Positions 21,188 to 32,192 of a DNA stretch of 64,000 nt are shown here, piece by piece. The position numbers were made by a program, and so were the translations under genes. The notes below the pieces were generated by a model that was given only the letters and a program-made list of their open reading frames with translations, had not been told where the DNA came from and did no database searches. Position 1 is the stretch's first letter, and each line of letters opens with the position of its first letter. The stretch is from Spirochaetaceae bacterium. Its GTDB lineage: Bacteria; Spirochaetota; Spirochaetia; DSM-2461. The DNA lies in NCBI GenBank assembly GCA_051531975.1, contig JAOPTT010000007.1:245778-309777 (forward strand), written 5' to 3'.

Positions 21188-24100
21188 TTGTCAAAATTAA
21201 AGAATATACTATTTACATTCATATTTCTAATCTTAGCTCAATTTTTAGTTGCCTTAGATTTAACGCCTGAGGAAAAACAGTGGATTAAAGATAACCCTAT
21301 TATTAGGGTTAGTAATGAAATGAAATGGGCACCATTTAATTTTAATGTTTATGGTCAACCTAGAGGTTATTCTATAGAATACATGAATAAATTAGCACAC
21401 ATTTCAGGTTTGGAAATAGAGTATATCTCTGGTCCTGAATGGGGTGATTTTATGAATATGATTCAAAATGATCAACTAGATATCATATTGAATTGTGCAT
21501 ATACAGAAGAGAGGGATGAATTTCTAAATTTTACAGACCAATATTTGGGATTTGCTACTTCTGTATATATAAAAAACAGTGATGATTATATTAATAGTGT
21601 AGAAGAGTTATATGGAAAGACTATTGCCATCCCTACCGACTTTTATTTTGAATCATTAATAAAAAAATATCCCAAAATAACTATATTAAGTGTTAAAGAT
21701 ACTGCTGAAGCAATGTTAGCTGTATCTTCTGGTCAAGCTGATGCGATGTTAGACTTATCTCCTGTTGTCAATTATTTGATGAATGAATTATCAATTACAA
21801 ATTTGAAACCAGGTGGTAGTTTAGGATTAAACGAAGATCAAGTTTTATATGCATCCTTAGGTATAAGAGAAGATTATACTCTTTTACATTCCATAATGCA
21901 AAAGAGTATGAGAGAAATAGGTTATGAAGAAGTTAGTAATTTAAAAAGAAAATGGTTAGGATATACTACTGATGATACAGGTAATGAGCTAACAGTTAAA
22001 GAGATAAACTTTCTTAAAGAACATCCTGTTCTTAGGGTTCATAATGAGATGAATTGGCCTCCATTTAATTTTAATATCAATGGCATTCCTACTGGTTTGT
22101 CTATTGAGTACATGAACCTTCTAGCAAAAAAGTTAAATATAGATATAGAGTATATCTCTGGACCAAGTTGGGCAGTTTTTATGGATATGATAAAATTTAA
22201 AGAACTTGATGTTATGCTTAACATTATAAAAACACCCGCTAGAGAAAAGTTTATATTATATACAGATCATTATATAAAGAACCCAAATGTAATTGTTTCT
22301 AATAAAAATAATAGATATAGAAGAATAGATGAATTAAAGGGTAAACAAGTTGCAATTGTTAAGGGATTCTCCGCTCAGGAGATAATTGAAAGAGATTACC
22401 CTGATATTGAAGTTTATCTTGTAAAAGATACATTGGCAGGTTTAAAGGCTGTCTCTTTTAATCAAGCAGATGCCATGTTAAGTGAAGAAGCTGTATCTAA
22501 TTATATAATTAATGAAAACCTTATATCTAATTTAACTCTATCTGGAGAAGTTGAAATAGGTGGAGCTGAATACCCTCAACTAAATATTGGGATACGGGAT
22601 GATTGGCCAGAACTACAAAGTATTTTACAAAAAACAATGTTGGATGTTACCACAGATGAGATGGATGTTTTAAAAAACAAGTGGATATTTAATAATTCAG
22701 TATTAAACAGTGATATTCAGTCTGATGTTAGTAATAATAAAATAATAAAACAACTTTTAGTTATATTTATGTCTGCAGTAATTATTTTGATTCTATTTTT
22801 TATATTACAAAAAAACTTAAATCGAAAAAGAATTGATAGTGCAACATTTGATCTTAAAAAGATGAGGTTGATAAGTCTAAGTATATTGGCTGCTAGTATT
22901 ACAATTATTATATTTATATCAATTATTGGTATTAATAATATTTACAAAAAATCTGTTGAGGATGCAAGATCAGAACTGAATAGTATTGTTACGACAACTC
23001 AGGAATCTCTAAAACTATGGACAAGTCGAAATTTAGATCAAGTTAAACTTGATTCAGCAAATCCAAATTTAGTTTCTTTGGTAGAGGAATTACTACGTTT
23101 ACCCCTAGATAAAGATCTTCTTATAAATAACCGAGCTCAAGATGAGATTAGGCACTACTTTAAGGAGTTAAATCCATACTCTTTTTCGGAAGGATTTTTT
23201 ATTATCTCACCGGATGGATATAATCTTGCTTCAAGTAGAGATAATAATATTGCAGATAAAAACCTTATTTTGTACCACCGCAAAGAGCTGCTTAAAGATA
23301 CATTTAATGGTAATGCGAACTTTATTCCACCAATACCTAGCGATTCATTTAAAGTAGGTGATAAGCCTACAGATAAATTTAGTATATTTTATGCCGTACC
23401 AATAAAGGATTCTAAAGGAAATGTTATTGCTGTAATGACCCAAAGAGAAGATCCAAATAAAGAGTTTAATAGAATCGCAAAACTTGGTATTTTTGGTTCC
23501 TCGGGGGAAACATATATCTATGATCATAATGGGTTTATGTTAAGTTCAAGTCGATATATAAATCAACTAACCTCTATAGGTCTGCTAAAAGATGGTGAAT
23601 CCTCAACCTTAACAATTCGATTAAAGGATCCTGGTGGTGACTTAACAAATGGTTATATTCCAGACATATATACTCCACAAATGGAAGATACCTTCATGTT
23701 AAAATACTCTAAAAACAGTGGTTCTGGATATAACGTTGAAGGTTATAGAGACTATCGTGGAGTTGAGGTTTTAGGAGCTTGGATCTGGAACGACGGGTTA
23801 AATTATGGTGTTGTTTCCGAGATAGATAAATCTGATGCCCTATCCTCCTATTATATAACTAGGTCTGTATTTATTATTATTTTAATCCTCGTTTTTTTAC
23901 TTTCTACAGGAGCAACTCTATTTAGTATCTCTATAAGTGAAACTGCAAATAGGTCTTTAAAAAACTCTAACGATCAATTAGAGAATAGGGTTTTAGAGAG
24001 AACTAAGGAAGTTGTTTTTGCTAAGAGGAATTTAGAAAATACAATTGAGGCTCTAACACACCCTTTTTATGTTATTGACGCCAAAACTTATGAGATTGTA

Positions 24101-26602
24101 TTAGCTAACTCCTCAGCAAAAAAAGCAGCTAAAGGTAAAGAGATTACAACATGTTACCGGTTAACCCATAGGGTTGAAGAACCTTGCAGTAGTATAGAGC
24201 ACCCATGTCCATTATCAATGGTAAAAGCGACTGGTAAAACAGCAAAAGTTGAACATATTCATTACGATGAAAATGATAAACCTATTTTTGTAGAAGTTCA
24301 TGGGTATCCTATTTTTGATGAAGACGGTGAATTAATTCAGATGATTGAGTATTCTCTTGATATCACAGATAGAAAAATTGCAGAAAAAGCTCTGGCTACT
24401 GCAAAGGATGTAGCAGAAGACGCAACAAGAGCAAAATCTGATTTCTTAGCAAATATGAGTCATGAAATCAGAACTCCTATGAATGCAATTATAGGTCTAT
24501 CTACTATAATTCAGAAAACAGATCTTTCAGATAGGCAACAAGATTACATTCAGAAAATATACGGGTCGGCCCATAATCTTCTTGGTATTATAAACGATAT
24601 TTTAGACTTTTCAAAAATAGAAGCTGGAAAGCTTACAATGGAATCTATACCATTTGATATTAATGAAGTCTTCGAGAATCTTGGTAGTATGATTAGTTCT
24701 AAAGCGCAGGATAAGGGTTTAGAGCTTGTTTTTCATATCTCTACGGAGCTACCCAAAATGTTAGTAGGAGACCCATTAAGAATGGGGCAAATCCTTCTTA
24801 ATTTAACAAATAATGCAATTAAGTTCACAGAAGAAGGTGAAATTGCAGTTCAGGCTGAAGTTCTTAAAAAAGATGATAAACTTGTAGAGATAAAGTTTAG
24901 TGTTCGGGATACTGGTATTGGATTAACAAATGAGCAATCAAGCAAACTATTTAGGGCATTCTCCCAAGCAGATTCATCTACAACTAGGGAATATGGTGGT
25001 ACAGGATTAGGTCTCTCTATTAGTAAAAAACTGTGCGAAATGATGGGTGGACAAATTGGGGTTGTTAGTGCAGCAGGAGAGGGTTCCACATTCTTCTTTA
25101 CAGGTATTTTTGAATATAGTAACGACTATCAAAGAGATATCTTTCCAGAAGAATTACATAATTTAAAAGTCTTAATTGTTGATGATAACTTAACAAGTAG
25201 AGAAGTTCTAATGTCCTATGCAACAGATTTTGGATTTAAACCAACAGCAGTAGATAATGGAGTTGAAGCTATACAGCAAATAAGACATAACATAGAAAAG
25301 TCCATAGAAGATTTTGATCTTGTATTAATGGACTATAGCATGCCTAAAATGAATGGTTTTCAGACTTCTGTTAAAATCAATGAACTTTTAGAAGAGAATA
25401 GACGACCAAAATATATTTTAGTAACAGGTTATGGTCGAGACGAAACGATCCAAGGGGTAGAGAAATATGGATTTGTAGGATTTGTACTTAAACCAGTAAA
25501 CCAATCCCTTCTATTTAATACTATTATGCAAGCTTTTGGTAAAGAAAGAAGAGATCAAAATAGATTATCCAGTAATGAATACCCTAAAGATTTTAATAAA
25601 GTTCGTGGTGCAAACATCTTATTAACTGAAGATAATCAGATTAATCAGGAAGTTGCTAGAGAATTACTTGAATCTGAAGGATTCATTATAGATATTGCAA
25701 ATAACGGTAAAGAATCTGTTGATATGGCTAATGAAAAGGCATACGACATTATTTTAATGGATCTTCAGATGCCGGTTATGGATGGTTACGATGCAACAAT
25801 TGCAATAAGAAAACAGGAGCAAAACAGAGATCTTTCAATAATAGCTATGACTGCTGACGCCATGACTGGAGTTCGGGATAGAGTCTTAGAAGTTGGTATG
25901 AACGATTATGTTACAAAACCTATAGAAACTAATAAATTATGGTTAGCACTGACAAAGTGGATAGAGCATAAAGATAGAGATTTTTCAATAACTAATACAG
26001 ACTCTGCACCACCTAAAGAAATAGAAATAAATATTCCCGGAATTGATATGGAACAAGGAGTCAAAAGAGTTGGTGGAAACAAAGTATTATATAAAAAATT
26101 GTTAAATAAGTTCATAGAGTCCAATAGAAACTTTAAAACACAAATATTAAACGCTACAAAAAATAACAATGAAGATGCCATACGATTTAGTCATACACTT
26201 AAAGGTGTTGCTGGTAATTTAGGTATGGAAGATCTTCAGGAAGAGACATTGAAGCTCGAGAGTGCACTTAAAAATGGAGCATCATTTACTGAACTTCTTG
26301 ATAGTGTAGATCTAATGGTTTCTTCTATTATTACTTCAATATTAGACAGTAAAATTAATTTAGAACAAGAGACATCAAAAGAGATTGTTGACTGGCGTAT
26401 TTTAAAAGAAGAATTAAAAGCTGTAATAGACAGCTTAGAAAAAAGAAAACCAAAACCTGCAATTGAATTAATAGATAAATATAGTGGTTCAGATTTAGAA
26501 GTAAGCATATCTAAGGGTTTTAAAGAAGCAAAACAACTATTAACAAAATATAAGATGAAAGATGCACTTATAATTTTAAGTGAAATCGTTAAGGAGATAT
26601 AG
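21188..26602 (+). CDS. Giant multi-input hybrid histidine kinase (2x SBP_bac_3, Cache-like, PAS, HisKA, HATPase, 2x REC, Hpt)
   Basis: Two BvgS-like repeats (LT..E..W/F...P..RV.NEM.W.PFNF), three TMs, [12 protein letters not shown] motifs LMDYSMP and [18 protein letters not shown]; likely TTG start at 21188 after GGAGAG. Confidence 0.92.
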   Translation: MSKLKNILFTFIFLILAQFLVALDLTPEEKQWIKDNPIIRVSNEMKWAPFNFNVYGQPRGYSIEYMNKLAHISGLEIEYISGPEWGDFMNMIQNDQLDIILNCAYTEERDEFLNFTDQYLGFATSVYIKNSDDYINSVEELYGKTIAIPTDFYFESLIKKYPKITILSVKDTAEAMLAVSSGQADAMLDLSPVVNYLMNELSITNLKPGGSLGLNEDQVLYASLGIREDYTLLHSIMQKSMREIGYEEVSNLKRKWLGYTTDDTGNELTVKEINFLKEHPVLRVHNEMNWPPFNFNINGIPTGLSIEYMNLLAKKLNIDIEYISGPSWAVFMDMIKFKELDVMLNIIKTPAREKFILYTDHYIKNPNVIVSNKNNRYRRIDELKGKQVAIVKGFSAQEIIERDYPDIEVYLVKDTLAGLKAVSFNQADAMLSEEAVSNYIINENLISNLTLSGEVEIGGAEYPQLNIGIRDDWPELQSILQKTMLDVTTDEMDVLKNKWIFNNSVLNSDIQSDVSNNKIIKQLLVIFMSAVIILILFFILQKNLNRKRIDSATFDLKKMRLISLSILAASITIIIFISIIGINNIYKKSVEDARSELNSIVTTTQESLKLWTSRNLDQVKLDSANPNLVSLVEELLRLPLDKDLLINNRAQDEIRHYFKELNPYSFSEGFFIISPDGYNLASSRDNNIADKNLILYHRKELLKDTFNGNANFIPPIPSDSFKVGDKPTDKFSIFYAVPIKDSKGNVIAVMTQREDPNKEFNRIAKLGIFGSSGETYIYDHNGFMLSSSRYINQLTSIGLLKDGESSTLTIRLKDPGGDLTNGYIPDIYTPQMEDTFMLKYSKNSGSGYNVEGYRDYRGVEVLGAWIWNDGLNYGVVSEIDKSDALSSYYITRSVFIIILILVFLLSTGATLFSISISETANRSLKNSNDQLENRVLERTKEVVFAKRNLENTIEALTHPFYVIDAKTYEIVLANSSAKKAAKGKEITTCYRLTHRVEEPCSSIEHPCPLSMVKATGKTAKVEHIHYDENDKPIFVEVHGYPIFDEDGELIQMIEYSLDITDRKIAEKALATAKDVAEDATRAKSDFLANMSHEIRTPMNAIIGLSTIIQKTDLSDRQQDYIQKIYGSAHNLLGIINDILDFSKIEAGKLTMESIPFDINEVFENLGSMISSKAQDKGLELVFHISTELPKMLVGDPLRMGQILLNLTNNAIKFTEEGEIAVQAEVLKKDDKLVEIKFSVRDTGIGLTNEQSSKLFRAFSQADSSTTREYGGTGLGLSISKKLCEMMGGQIGVVSAAGEGSTFFFTGIFEYSNDYQRDIFPEELHNLKVLIVDDNLTSREVLMSYATDFGFKPTAVDNGVEAIQQIRHNIEKSIEDFDLVLMDYSMPKMNGFQTSVKINELLEENRRPKYILVTGYGRDETIQGVEKYGFVGFVLKPVNQSLLFNTIMQAFGKERRDQNRLSSNEYPKDFNKVRGANILLTEDNQINQEVARELLESEGFIIDIANNGKESVDMANEKAYDIILMDLQMPVMDGYDATIAIRKQEQNRDLSIIAMTADAMTGVRDRVLEVGMNDYVTKPIETNKLWLALTKWIEHKDRDFSITNTDSAPPKEIEINIPGIDMEQGVKRVGGNKVLYKKLLNKFIESNRNFKTQILNATKNNNEDAIRFSHTLKGVAGNLGMEDLQEETLKLESALKNGASFTELLDSVDLMVSSIITSILDSKINLEQETSKEIVDWRILKEELKAVIDSLEKRKPKPAIELIDKYSGSDLEVSISKGFKEAKQLLTKYKMKDALIILSEIVKEI

Positions 26603-26604
26603 AA

Positions 26605-28038
26605 GTGGATAATGAAAGGAAATCGATTCTTGTTGTAGATGATACTCCCACTAATATAGATATATTACTGGATATATTATCTGAAAAATATGAGGTCTCG
26701 GTAGCTATCGATGGTGAATCAGCCTTAGAAAGTGTTTCAGAAATGACACCAGATTTAATACTTTTGGATATTATGATGCCAGGAATGGATGGTTACGAGG
26801 TATGTTCTAGATTAAAGCAGAATGAAAGTACATCGGGAATTCCTGTTATATTTATTACTGCAATGACAGATATCAATAATGAAGTAAGAGGTTTTGAAGT
26901 TGGAGCAATCGATTATATAACTAAACCATTTTCCCCACCTATTGTAGAGAGAAGAATTGAAACAGCACTTAAACTGGAGTCTAAAACCAAAGAATTAGCG
27001 CTATTAGCAAAAAAATTATCCAAATATCTATCCCCACAAGTATATGTATCAATTTTTAGAGGTGATCAGGATGTTAAAATTGAGTCTAATAGGAAAAAAC
27101 TCACAATCTTTTTCTCAGATATAGTTAATTTTACCTCAACAACTGAGGGAATGGAGTCTGAAGATTTAACGGCATTATTAAATAATTATTTAGATGAGAT
27201 GTCAAATATTGCTCTAAAACATGGAGGTACTATAGATAAGTTTATAGGTGATGCAATTCTTATTTTCTTTGGAGACCCATTAACAAGAGGTGTACAAGAA
27301 GATGCAATAGCTTGCGCTTCAATGGCAATAGAGATGAGAGATAGATTAGCTGAGTTACAGGATACTTGGCTATCCTATGGAATACAAAACCCATTCCAAG
27401 TACGTTTTGGTATTACAACAGGTTATTGTACCGTTGGAAATTTTGGAAGTAAAAATAGAATGGATTATACCATTATTGGTAGTCAGGTTAATATTGCAAG
27501 TCGATTGGAAACTAGTGCTGCTCCAGGGCAGATAATTGTATCCCATGAAACTTATGCTCAGATAAATGAGTCTATAAACTGTTATGTAAATAAAGAAATA
27601 CATGTTAAAGGGATTTCAAGACCATTACAAACCTATTTAGTCTCAGAACTTAATACCGATGGTGTAGATACATCAAACATCAGGTCTTTAATGGAAACTA
27701 CTGAATTTATTAGCAGTAAAATGTTGTCATCCGAGGCATTTAAGATTTATAGTAATAAAGACCCTGAGTTTCCAATTGTAGTTGTTGATGATAATATACC
27801 TAGAGGAATAATAAGAAGGTTTCATATTTTAAATAATGAAATACCGATAGATACATTACCAATATCAAAAGCTTTGGTTGTAGATAAGAGTTGGCCAATA
27901 GATGAAGTTATACGATTGTATAAAAGTAATAATGAAGAGAAGTTAAATAATCCAATAATTGTTATGCACCAGGAAAAACTAGTTGGGATTATTAAAAATA
28001 TAACAATAATAAAATACATACTAAATAAAAAGGACTAA
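26605..28038 (+). CDS. Response-regulator class III adenylate cyclase with a possible degenerate CBS tail
   Basis: REC (LLDIMMP); FFSDIVNFT, IDKFIGD and RMDYTIIGSQVNIASRLE carry the canonical catalytic and ATP-specifying residues. Confidence 0.9.
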   Translation: MDNERKSILVVDDTPTNIDILLDILSEKYEVSVAIDGESALESVSEMTPDLILLDIMMPGMDGYEVCSRLKQNESTSGIPVIFITAMTDINNEVRGFEVGAIDYITKPFSPPIVERRIETALKLESKTKELALLAKKLSKYLSPQVYVSIFRGDQDVKIESNRKKLTIFFSDIVNFTSTTEGMESEDLTALLNNYLDEMSNIALKHGGTIDKFIGDAILIFFGDPLTRGVQEDAIACASMAIEMRDRLAELQDTWLSYGIQNPFQVRFGITTGYCTVGNFGSKNRMDYTIIGSQVNIASRLETSAAPGQIIVSHETYAQINESINCYVNKEIHVKGISRPLQTYLVSELNTDGVDTSNIRSLMETTEFISSKMLSSEAFKIYSNKDPEFPIVVVDDNIPRGIIRRFHILNNEIPIDTLPISKALVVDKSWPIDEVIRLYKSNNEEKLNNPIIVMHQEKLVGIIKNITIIKYILNKKD

Positions 28039-28041
28039 AAG

Positions 28042-28395
28042 ATGATATTAGTAGTTGATGATACCCCAGAAAACATAGATATCTTGTTAGAAATACTTGG
28101 TGAAGTTGATGATCTATCTGTAGCTTTAAGTGGAGAAGATGCATTAGAAATTGTTGAAGATGAAACACCAGATTTAATTGTACTAGACGTAGTAATGCCA
28201 GGAATGGATGGTTATACCGTTTGTAAAACATTAAAAGCTAATGATAAATATAAAGATATTCCAATAATTTTTCTATCAGGGAATGATAGTGCAGAAGAGG
28301 TTCAAAAGGGACTGGACTTAGGCGCAGTTGATTTTCAGACGAAACCAATAGATCCTGAAAAACTAATTGCAGCAATAAATAAATATAAGAGGTAA
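28042..28395 (+). CDS. Single-domain response regulator
   Basis: VVDD, LDVVMP, TKP. Confidence 0.9.
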   Translation: MILVVDDTPENIDILLEILGEVDDLSVALSGEDALEIVEDETPDLIVLDVVMPGMDGYTVCKTLKANDKYKDIPIIFLSGNDSAEEVQKGLDLGAVDFQTKPIDPEKLIAAINKYKR

Positions 28396-28397
28396 TT

Positions 28398-28838
28398 ATG
28401 AGTTTACAAGATGATAGACTAGGTTCTAAAAAGTCAATTCCATTAATAGGTGTTCGAAGGAATGGGCAACCTATAAAAGTTGTTGTTATCGACGATGTTT
28501 TTATAGATTGTAGAATTACATCACAGATTTTAAGATCAACAGGTTTTGATGTAGTTGCAGAAGCTGATAATGGTAAAGATGGCCTAATAATGGTACAGCA
28601 TGAAAAGCCTAGTATCGTTATTTTAGATTATTTAATGCCAGGTGTTGATGGATTATGGACACTTAAACAAATTAGAAAGATTGATCCTAATGTTAAAGTT
28701 ATTATGTCAACTTCTGAAAGTGAAAAAGATCTAGTAATAGAACTTTTCAAAGAGGGAGCTACTGCATATATTGTTAAGCCTATAGATAGAACTGTAGTCT
28801 TAGAGAAATTAAAGAAAGTAGTTGATGAACTACATTAA
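28398..28838 (+). CDS. CheY-like response regulator with a spirochaete CheY3-type N-terminal extension
   Basis: 146 aa; IDD, LDYLMP, IVKPIDR; about 25-aa N-terminal extension. Confidence 0.8.
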   Translation: MSLQDDRLGSKKSIPLIGVRRNGQPIKVVVIDDVFIDCRITSQILRSTGFDVVAEADNGKDGLIMVQHEKPSIVILDYLMPGVDGLWTLKQIRKIDPNVKVIMSTSESEKDLVIELFKEGATAYIVKPIDRTVVLEKLKKVVDELH

Positions 28839-28847
28839 GGAGTAAAA

Positions 28848-30176
28848 ATGAGTGAAAATATTATTGGGATTAATGATAGGCCTTCTATCGGAAAGTGGAT
28901 CCCTTTAAGTCTACAACACGTATTTGCAATGTTTGGAGCAACAGTTTTAGTTCCAGCATTAACAGGTTTAAGTCCTACAACGGCACTTTTTACCTCGGGT
29001 ATAGGTACAATTATCTATATTTTAATTACTAAAGGTAAAGTTCCTGCATATTTAGGATCATCCTTTGCATTTATTGCACCTATAATACTTATTTCTGGTA
29101 AATTTGGTGTGGAATATGCTTTTGGTGCAGCATTCTGTGTTGGTATATTTTATACTCTTATAGCACTTCTTATTAGACAGTTTGGTAAAGGTTGGATAGA
29201 CCGTTTATTACCACCTGTTGTAGTTGGTTCAATTATTATTGTTATTGGTTTAACTTTGGCACCTGTTGCTATGAGTATGGCTATGAACACAGCAGTTGAT
29301 CCATCTGGTTATAGTCTAGTTCACCTCTCTATTGCAGGTGTTACATTAGCAATAGCAGTAATTTCATCAATTGTATTAAAGGGATTTTTTAATGTTATAC
29401 CTATACTAATTGGTATTATTGGTGGTTATCTATTTACGTTTATTATGGGGTTATTTTTTCCTGCATATCATATTATAAACTTTGATGTAATTGCAGCAGC
29501 AGACTCTTTTTCATTACCAAGTTATGTATTTCCAAAGTTTGCTATAATTCCGATAATAACATTTTTACTAGTGGCTTTAGCAACAATTGCTGAGCATCTT
29601 GGTGATACCATGGTTTTAGGTAAAGTTTGTAAAAAAGATTTTTATAAAGAACCAGGTATACATAGAACATTAGCTGGAGACGGAGTAGCGACATCAATCG
29701 CAGCACTTTTTGGTGGACCTCCAAATACTACTTATGGTGAGAACGTAGGGGTAATGGCAATTACAGGGGTTCATTCTGTATGGGTAACTGGTGGAGCTGC
29801 AGTTGTTGCAATTGTACTATCATTTATTCCTCCAGTTGGGGCTTTCATACAGACTATTCCTAGCGCTGTAATGGGTGGTGTTTCTGCTATGTTATTTGGA
29901 ATAATTGCATCAGCTGGTATCCGGACTATAAGCGAAAGTGGTATCAATTATGGTGAGAAGAGAAATTTAACTATTAGTTCTGTAATTTTAGTTATCGGAA
30001 TTGGTGGTGGTAAGATTGTTGCTCCAATATCTGAGGGAGTTAGTTTCGAATTAGGTGGAGTTGCTTTAGCTGCTTTTGTTGGTATTATCTTAAACCTAGT
30101 ACTTCCAAAGTCTTTAAACGATATACCTGAAGAGACAGCAGAAGAAATGATTCAACATGAGATAGATAAACAATAG
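28848..30176 (+). CDS. uraA: NCS2 uracil permease
   Basis: LQHVFAMFGATVLVP, PAYLGSSFAFI, EHLGD, PNTTYGEN. Confidence 0.9.
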   Translation: MSENIIGINDRPSIGKWIPLSLQHVFAMFGATVLVPALTGLSPTTALFTSGIGTIIYILITKGKVPAYLGSSFAFIAPIILISGKFGVEYAFGAAFCVGIFYTLIALLIRQFGKGWIDRLLPPVVVGSIIIVIGLTLAPVAMSMAMNTAVDPSGYSLVHLSIAGVTLAIAVISSIVLKGFFNVIPILIGIIGGYLFTFIMGLFFPAYHIINFDVIAAADSFSLPSYVFPKFAIIPIITFLLVALATIAEHLGDTMVLGKVCKKDFYKEPGIHRTLAGDGVATSIAALFGGPPNTTYGENVGVMAITGVHSVWVTGGAAVVAIVLSFIPPVGAFIQTIPSAVMGGVSAMLFGIIASAGIRTISESGINYGEKRNLTISSVILVIGIGGGKIVAPISEGVSFELGGVALAAFVGIILNLVLPKSLNDIPEETAEEMIQHEIDKQ

Positions 30177-30251
30177 TTTCTATAAATTGTGAATAATTTC
30201 CTAATGATTCAACATGAGATAGATAAACAATAGTTTCTATAAATTGTGAAT
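30146..30251 (+). repeat. Perfect 49-bp direct repeat duplicating the uraA 3' end
   Basis: AATGATTCAACATGAGATAGATAAACAATAGTTTCTATAAATTGTGAAT at 30146-30194 and 30203-30251; 8-bp spacer. Confidence 0.95.
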
Positions 30252-30261
30252 CAATATTCAT

Positions 30262-30292
30262 AAAAAGGGGTGATTATATCACTCCTTTTTTT
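30262..30292. terminator. Bidirectional intrinsic terminator between uraA and the HAD gene
   Basis: AAAAAGGGGTGAT-TAT-ATCACTCCTTTTTT. Confidence 0.75.
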
Positions 30293-30870
30293 ATAAGTTC
30301 AGCTTTTAACTGATCAGGACTTTTAAAATGTATAGTATTAATACCAAAATCTTGCGCTACGTCTAAATTCACCTTTGTATCATCTATAAAAATTGTTTTA
30401 TTAGTATCAAATTTATATCGATCTATTATGTAGTGATAAATATTCTTTTCTGGTTTTACCATCTTTACATTTGAAGAAAAAACAATACCATCAAATTTAT
30501 GCCAAAAAGAGTTATTTTCTAATAAACTTTGTGCTGATTCTAAATGCATATTAGATAAAACATATAATTTATGCCCACTGTTTTTAATTTCATCAAATAG
30601 ATCTATAGTTCCTTGAATAGGAGTTAAAGCTTTAGGCACACAATCTAATATTTTTGATATCAGCTCTTTTTCTAGCCCAGACCTTTTTGATGCCCTTAAT
30701 ACAACACTCTCTTTTTCTATTGTCCCACGATCTAATTCTATCCAATCATTATGTTCAAAAAGAGAACTGTATAGTGCACTCTTTTCTAAACCATCTTTAA
30801 CATTCTCATTTACTAATTTATCAGGATTCCAATCAAAAACAACCCCACCAAGATCAAAAATTATATTCAT
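30274..30870 (-). CDS. HAD family phosphatase (YihX-like)
   Basis: IFDLGGV, VLSN, KPE, FIDD. Confidence 0.9.
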   Translation of the reverse strand: MNIIFDLGGVVFDWNPDKLVNENVKDGLEKSALYSSLFEHNDWIELDRGTIEKESVVLRASKRSGLEKELISKILDCVPKALTPIQGTIDLFDEIKNSGHKLYVLSNMHLESAQSLLENNSFWHKFDGIVFSSNVKMVKPEKNIYHYIIDRYKFDTNKTIFIDDTKVNLDVAQDFGINTIHFKSPDQLKAELIKKGVI

Positions 30871-30914
30871 AAAAATTATTATATAGTTTATACTTAATTA
30901 GAGGTAGTTTTTTT

Positions 30915-32192
30915 ATGAAAAAATTCTGGCAAGATAGAAGAAGTGGTAGTTTAGTTAACCGACCACATAACGATAGAGATTCATACGAAAGAGATCGAGC
31001 ACGTATAATCCATTCTGCTGCATTTAGACGTTTACAATCTAAAACCCAGGTACTAGGAGTCTCAGATGGAGATTTCCATAGAACTAGACTTACTCATTCA
31101 ATGGAAGTTGCTCAGATTGGTAAAGGAATAGTAAATCAACTCTCAGGTCAAAGCGAATATTTGCCTCCTGTAGACTTAATAGAAGCCATAGGTTTAGCCC
31201 ATGATATTGGGCATCCTCCATTTGGACATGGTGGAGAATTAGCACTGAATACCATGATGAGAGAGTGGGGTGGTTTTGAAGGTAACGGTCAGACACTACG
31301 TCTATTATCAAAGTTGGAAGCACATACTCCAGGTTATGGACTTAATTTAACTAGAAGAACTATGTTAGGAGTAATAAAATATCCAGTAAGTTATTCGTTA
31401 TTACTCAAAAAAAGTGTCGAAACAGGAAAAGTTCATCCTCCTAAATGTTATCACGACTCCGAGATAGATGTTGTTGATTGGATATTAGATCCATTTTCAG
31501 CTGAAGATAGAGAACTTTTTACTTCATATATAGCTCCCACAACAGAAAAGGTGGGTAAAACAAAGTTTCATTCTATAGATACTTCTGTTATGGAATTAGC
31601 AGATGATATTTCGTATGCTGTTCATGATTTTGAAGATGGAGTTGCTCTTAAACTTATCACTAGTGATGTATGGGCTGAAGTTGAAGACAAAGTTGATCCA
31701 TTATGGATGAAAAAAATGGGGTTAAACAGTGTAAAAGAGGAGCTCTTTAATACTACTGTAGATTTTCATCATCTAAGAAAAAGAGCAATTGGTGGTTTAG
31801 TTCACGCCTTAATTATTTCGGCAAGTGTTGTAACTGTTCCGGGGTTCCAGTCTGCAATCTTAAGTTCCAATGTTGGATTGACACCAGAAGCTCAGGTTCT
31901 GTTAAACGTTTTAAAAGGTATTACCACAAGATATATTATTAAATCTCAGTCTGGGCAGACAATAGAATACAAAGGTCGGCATGTTGTATCTAAACTATTT
32001 GAAGCATTCTCTTCTGATCCTGAAATGTTAATGCCAAAAGACTTTGTTAATGTATACCAAAGTCAAGATACAGAAGCATTAAGAAAAAGAGTTATATGCG
32101 ATTATATCTCAGGTATGTCTGATGCTTATGCAGGTAAAATATATAGCCGGCTTTTTATACCAGGTAGTGGGACGGCTTTTGATCTATTATGA
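30915..32192 (+). CDS. dgt: dGTP triphosphohydrolase (HD family)
   Basis: RRLQSKTQV, RTRLTHSMEV, AHDIGHPPFGH, FEGNGQ, ADDISY..HD.ED, DYISGMSD. Confidence 0.93.
   Translation: MKKFWQDRRSGSLVNRPHNDRDSYERDRARIIHSAAFRRLQSKTQVLGVSDGDFHRTRLTHSMEVAQIGKGIVNQLSGQSEYLPPVDLIEAIGLAHDIGHPPFGHGGELALNTMMREWGGFEGNGQTLRLLSKLEAHTPGYGLNLTRRTMLGVIKYPVSYSLLLKKSVETGKVHPPKCYHDSEIDVVDWILDPFSAEDRELFTSYIAPTTEKVGKTKFHSIDTSVMELADDISYAVHDFEDGVALKLITSDVWAEVEDKVDPLWMKKMGLNSVKEELFNTTVDFHHLRKRAIGGLVHALIISASVVTVPGFQSAILSSNVGLTPEAQVLLNVLKGITTRYIIKSQSGQTIEYKGRHVVSKLFEAFSSDPEMLMPKDFVNVYQSQDTEALRKRVICDYISGMSDAYAGKIYSRLFIPGSGTAFDLL

Noticed and set aside
30146..30251. Possible mini-CRISPR
   Set aside because: Only two copies with an 8-bp spacer, and the first copy is uraA coding sequence.
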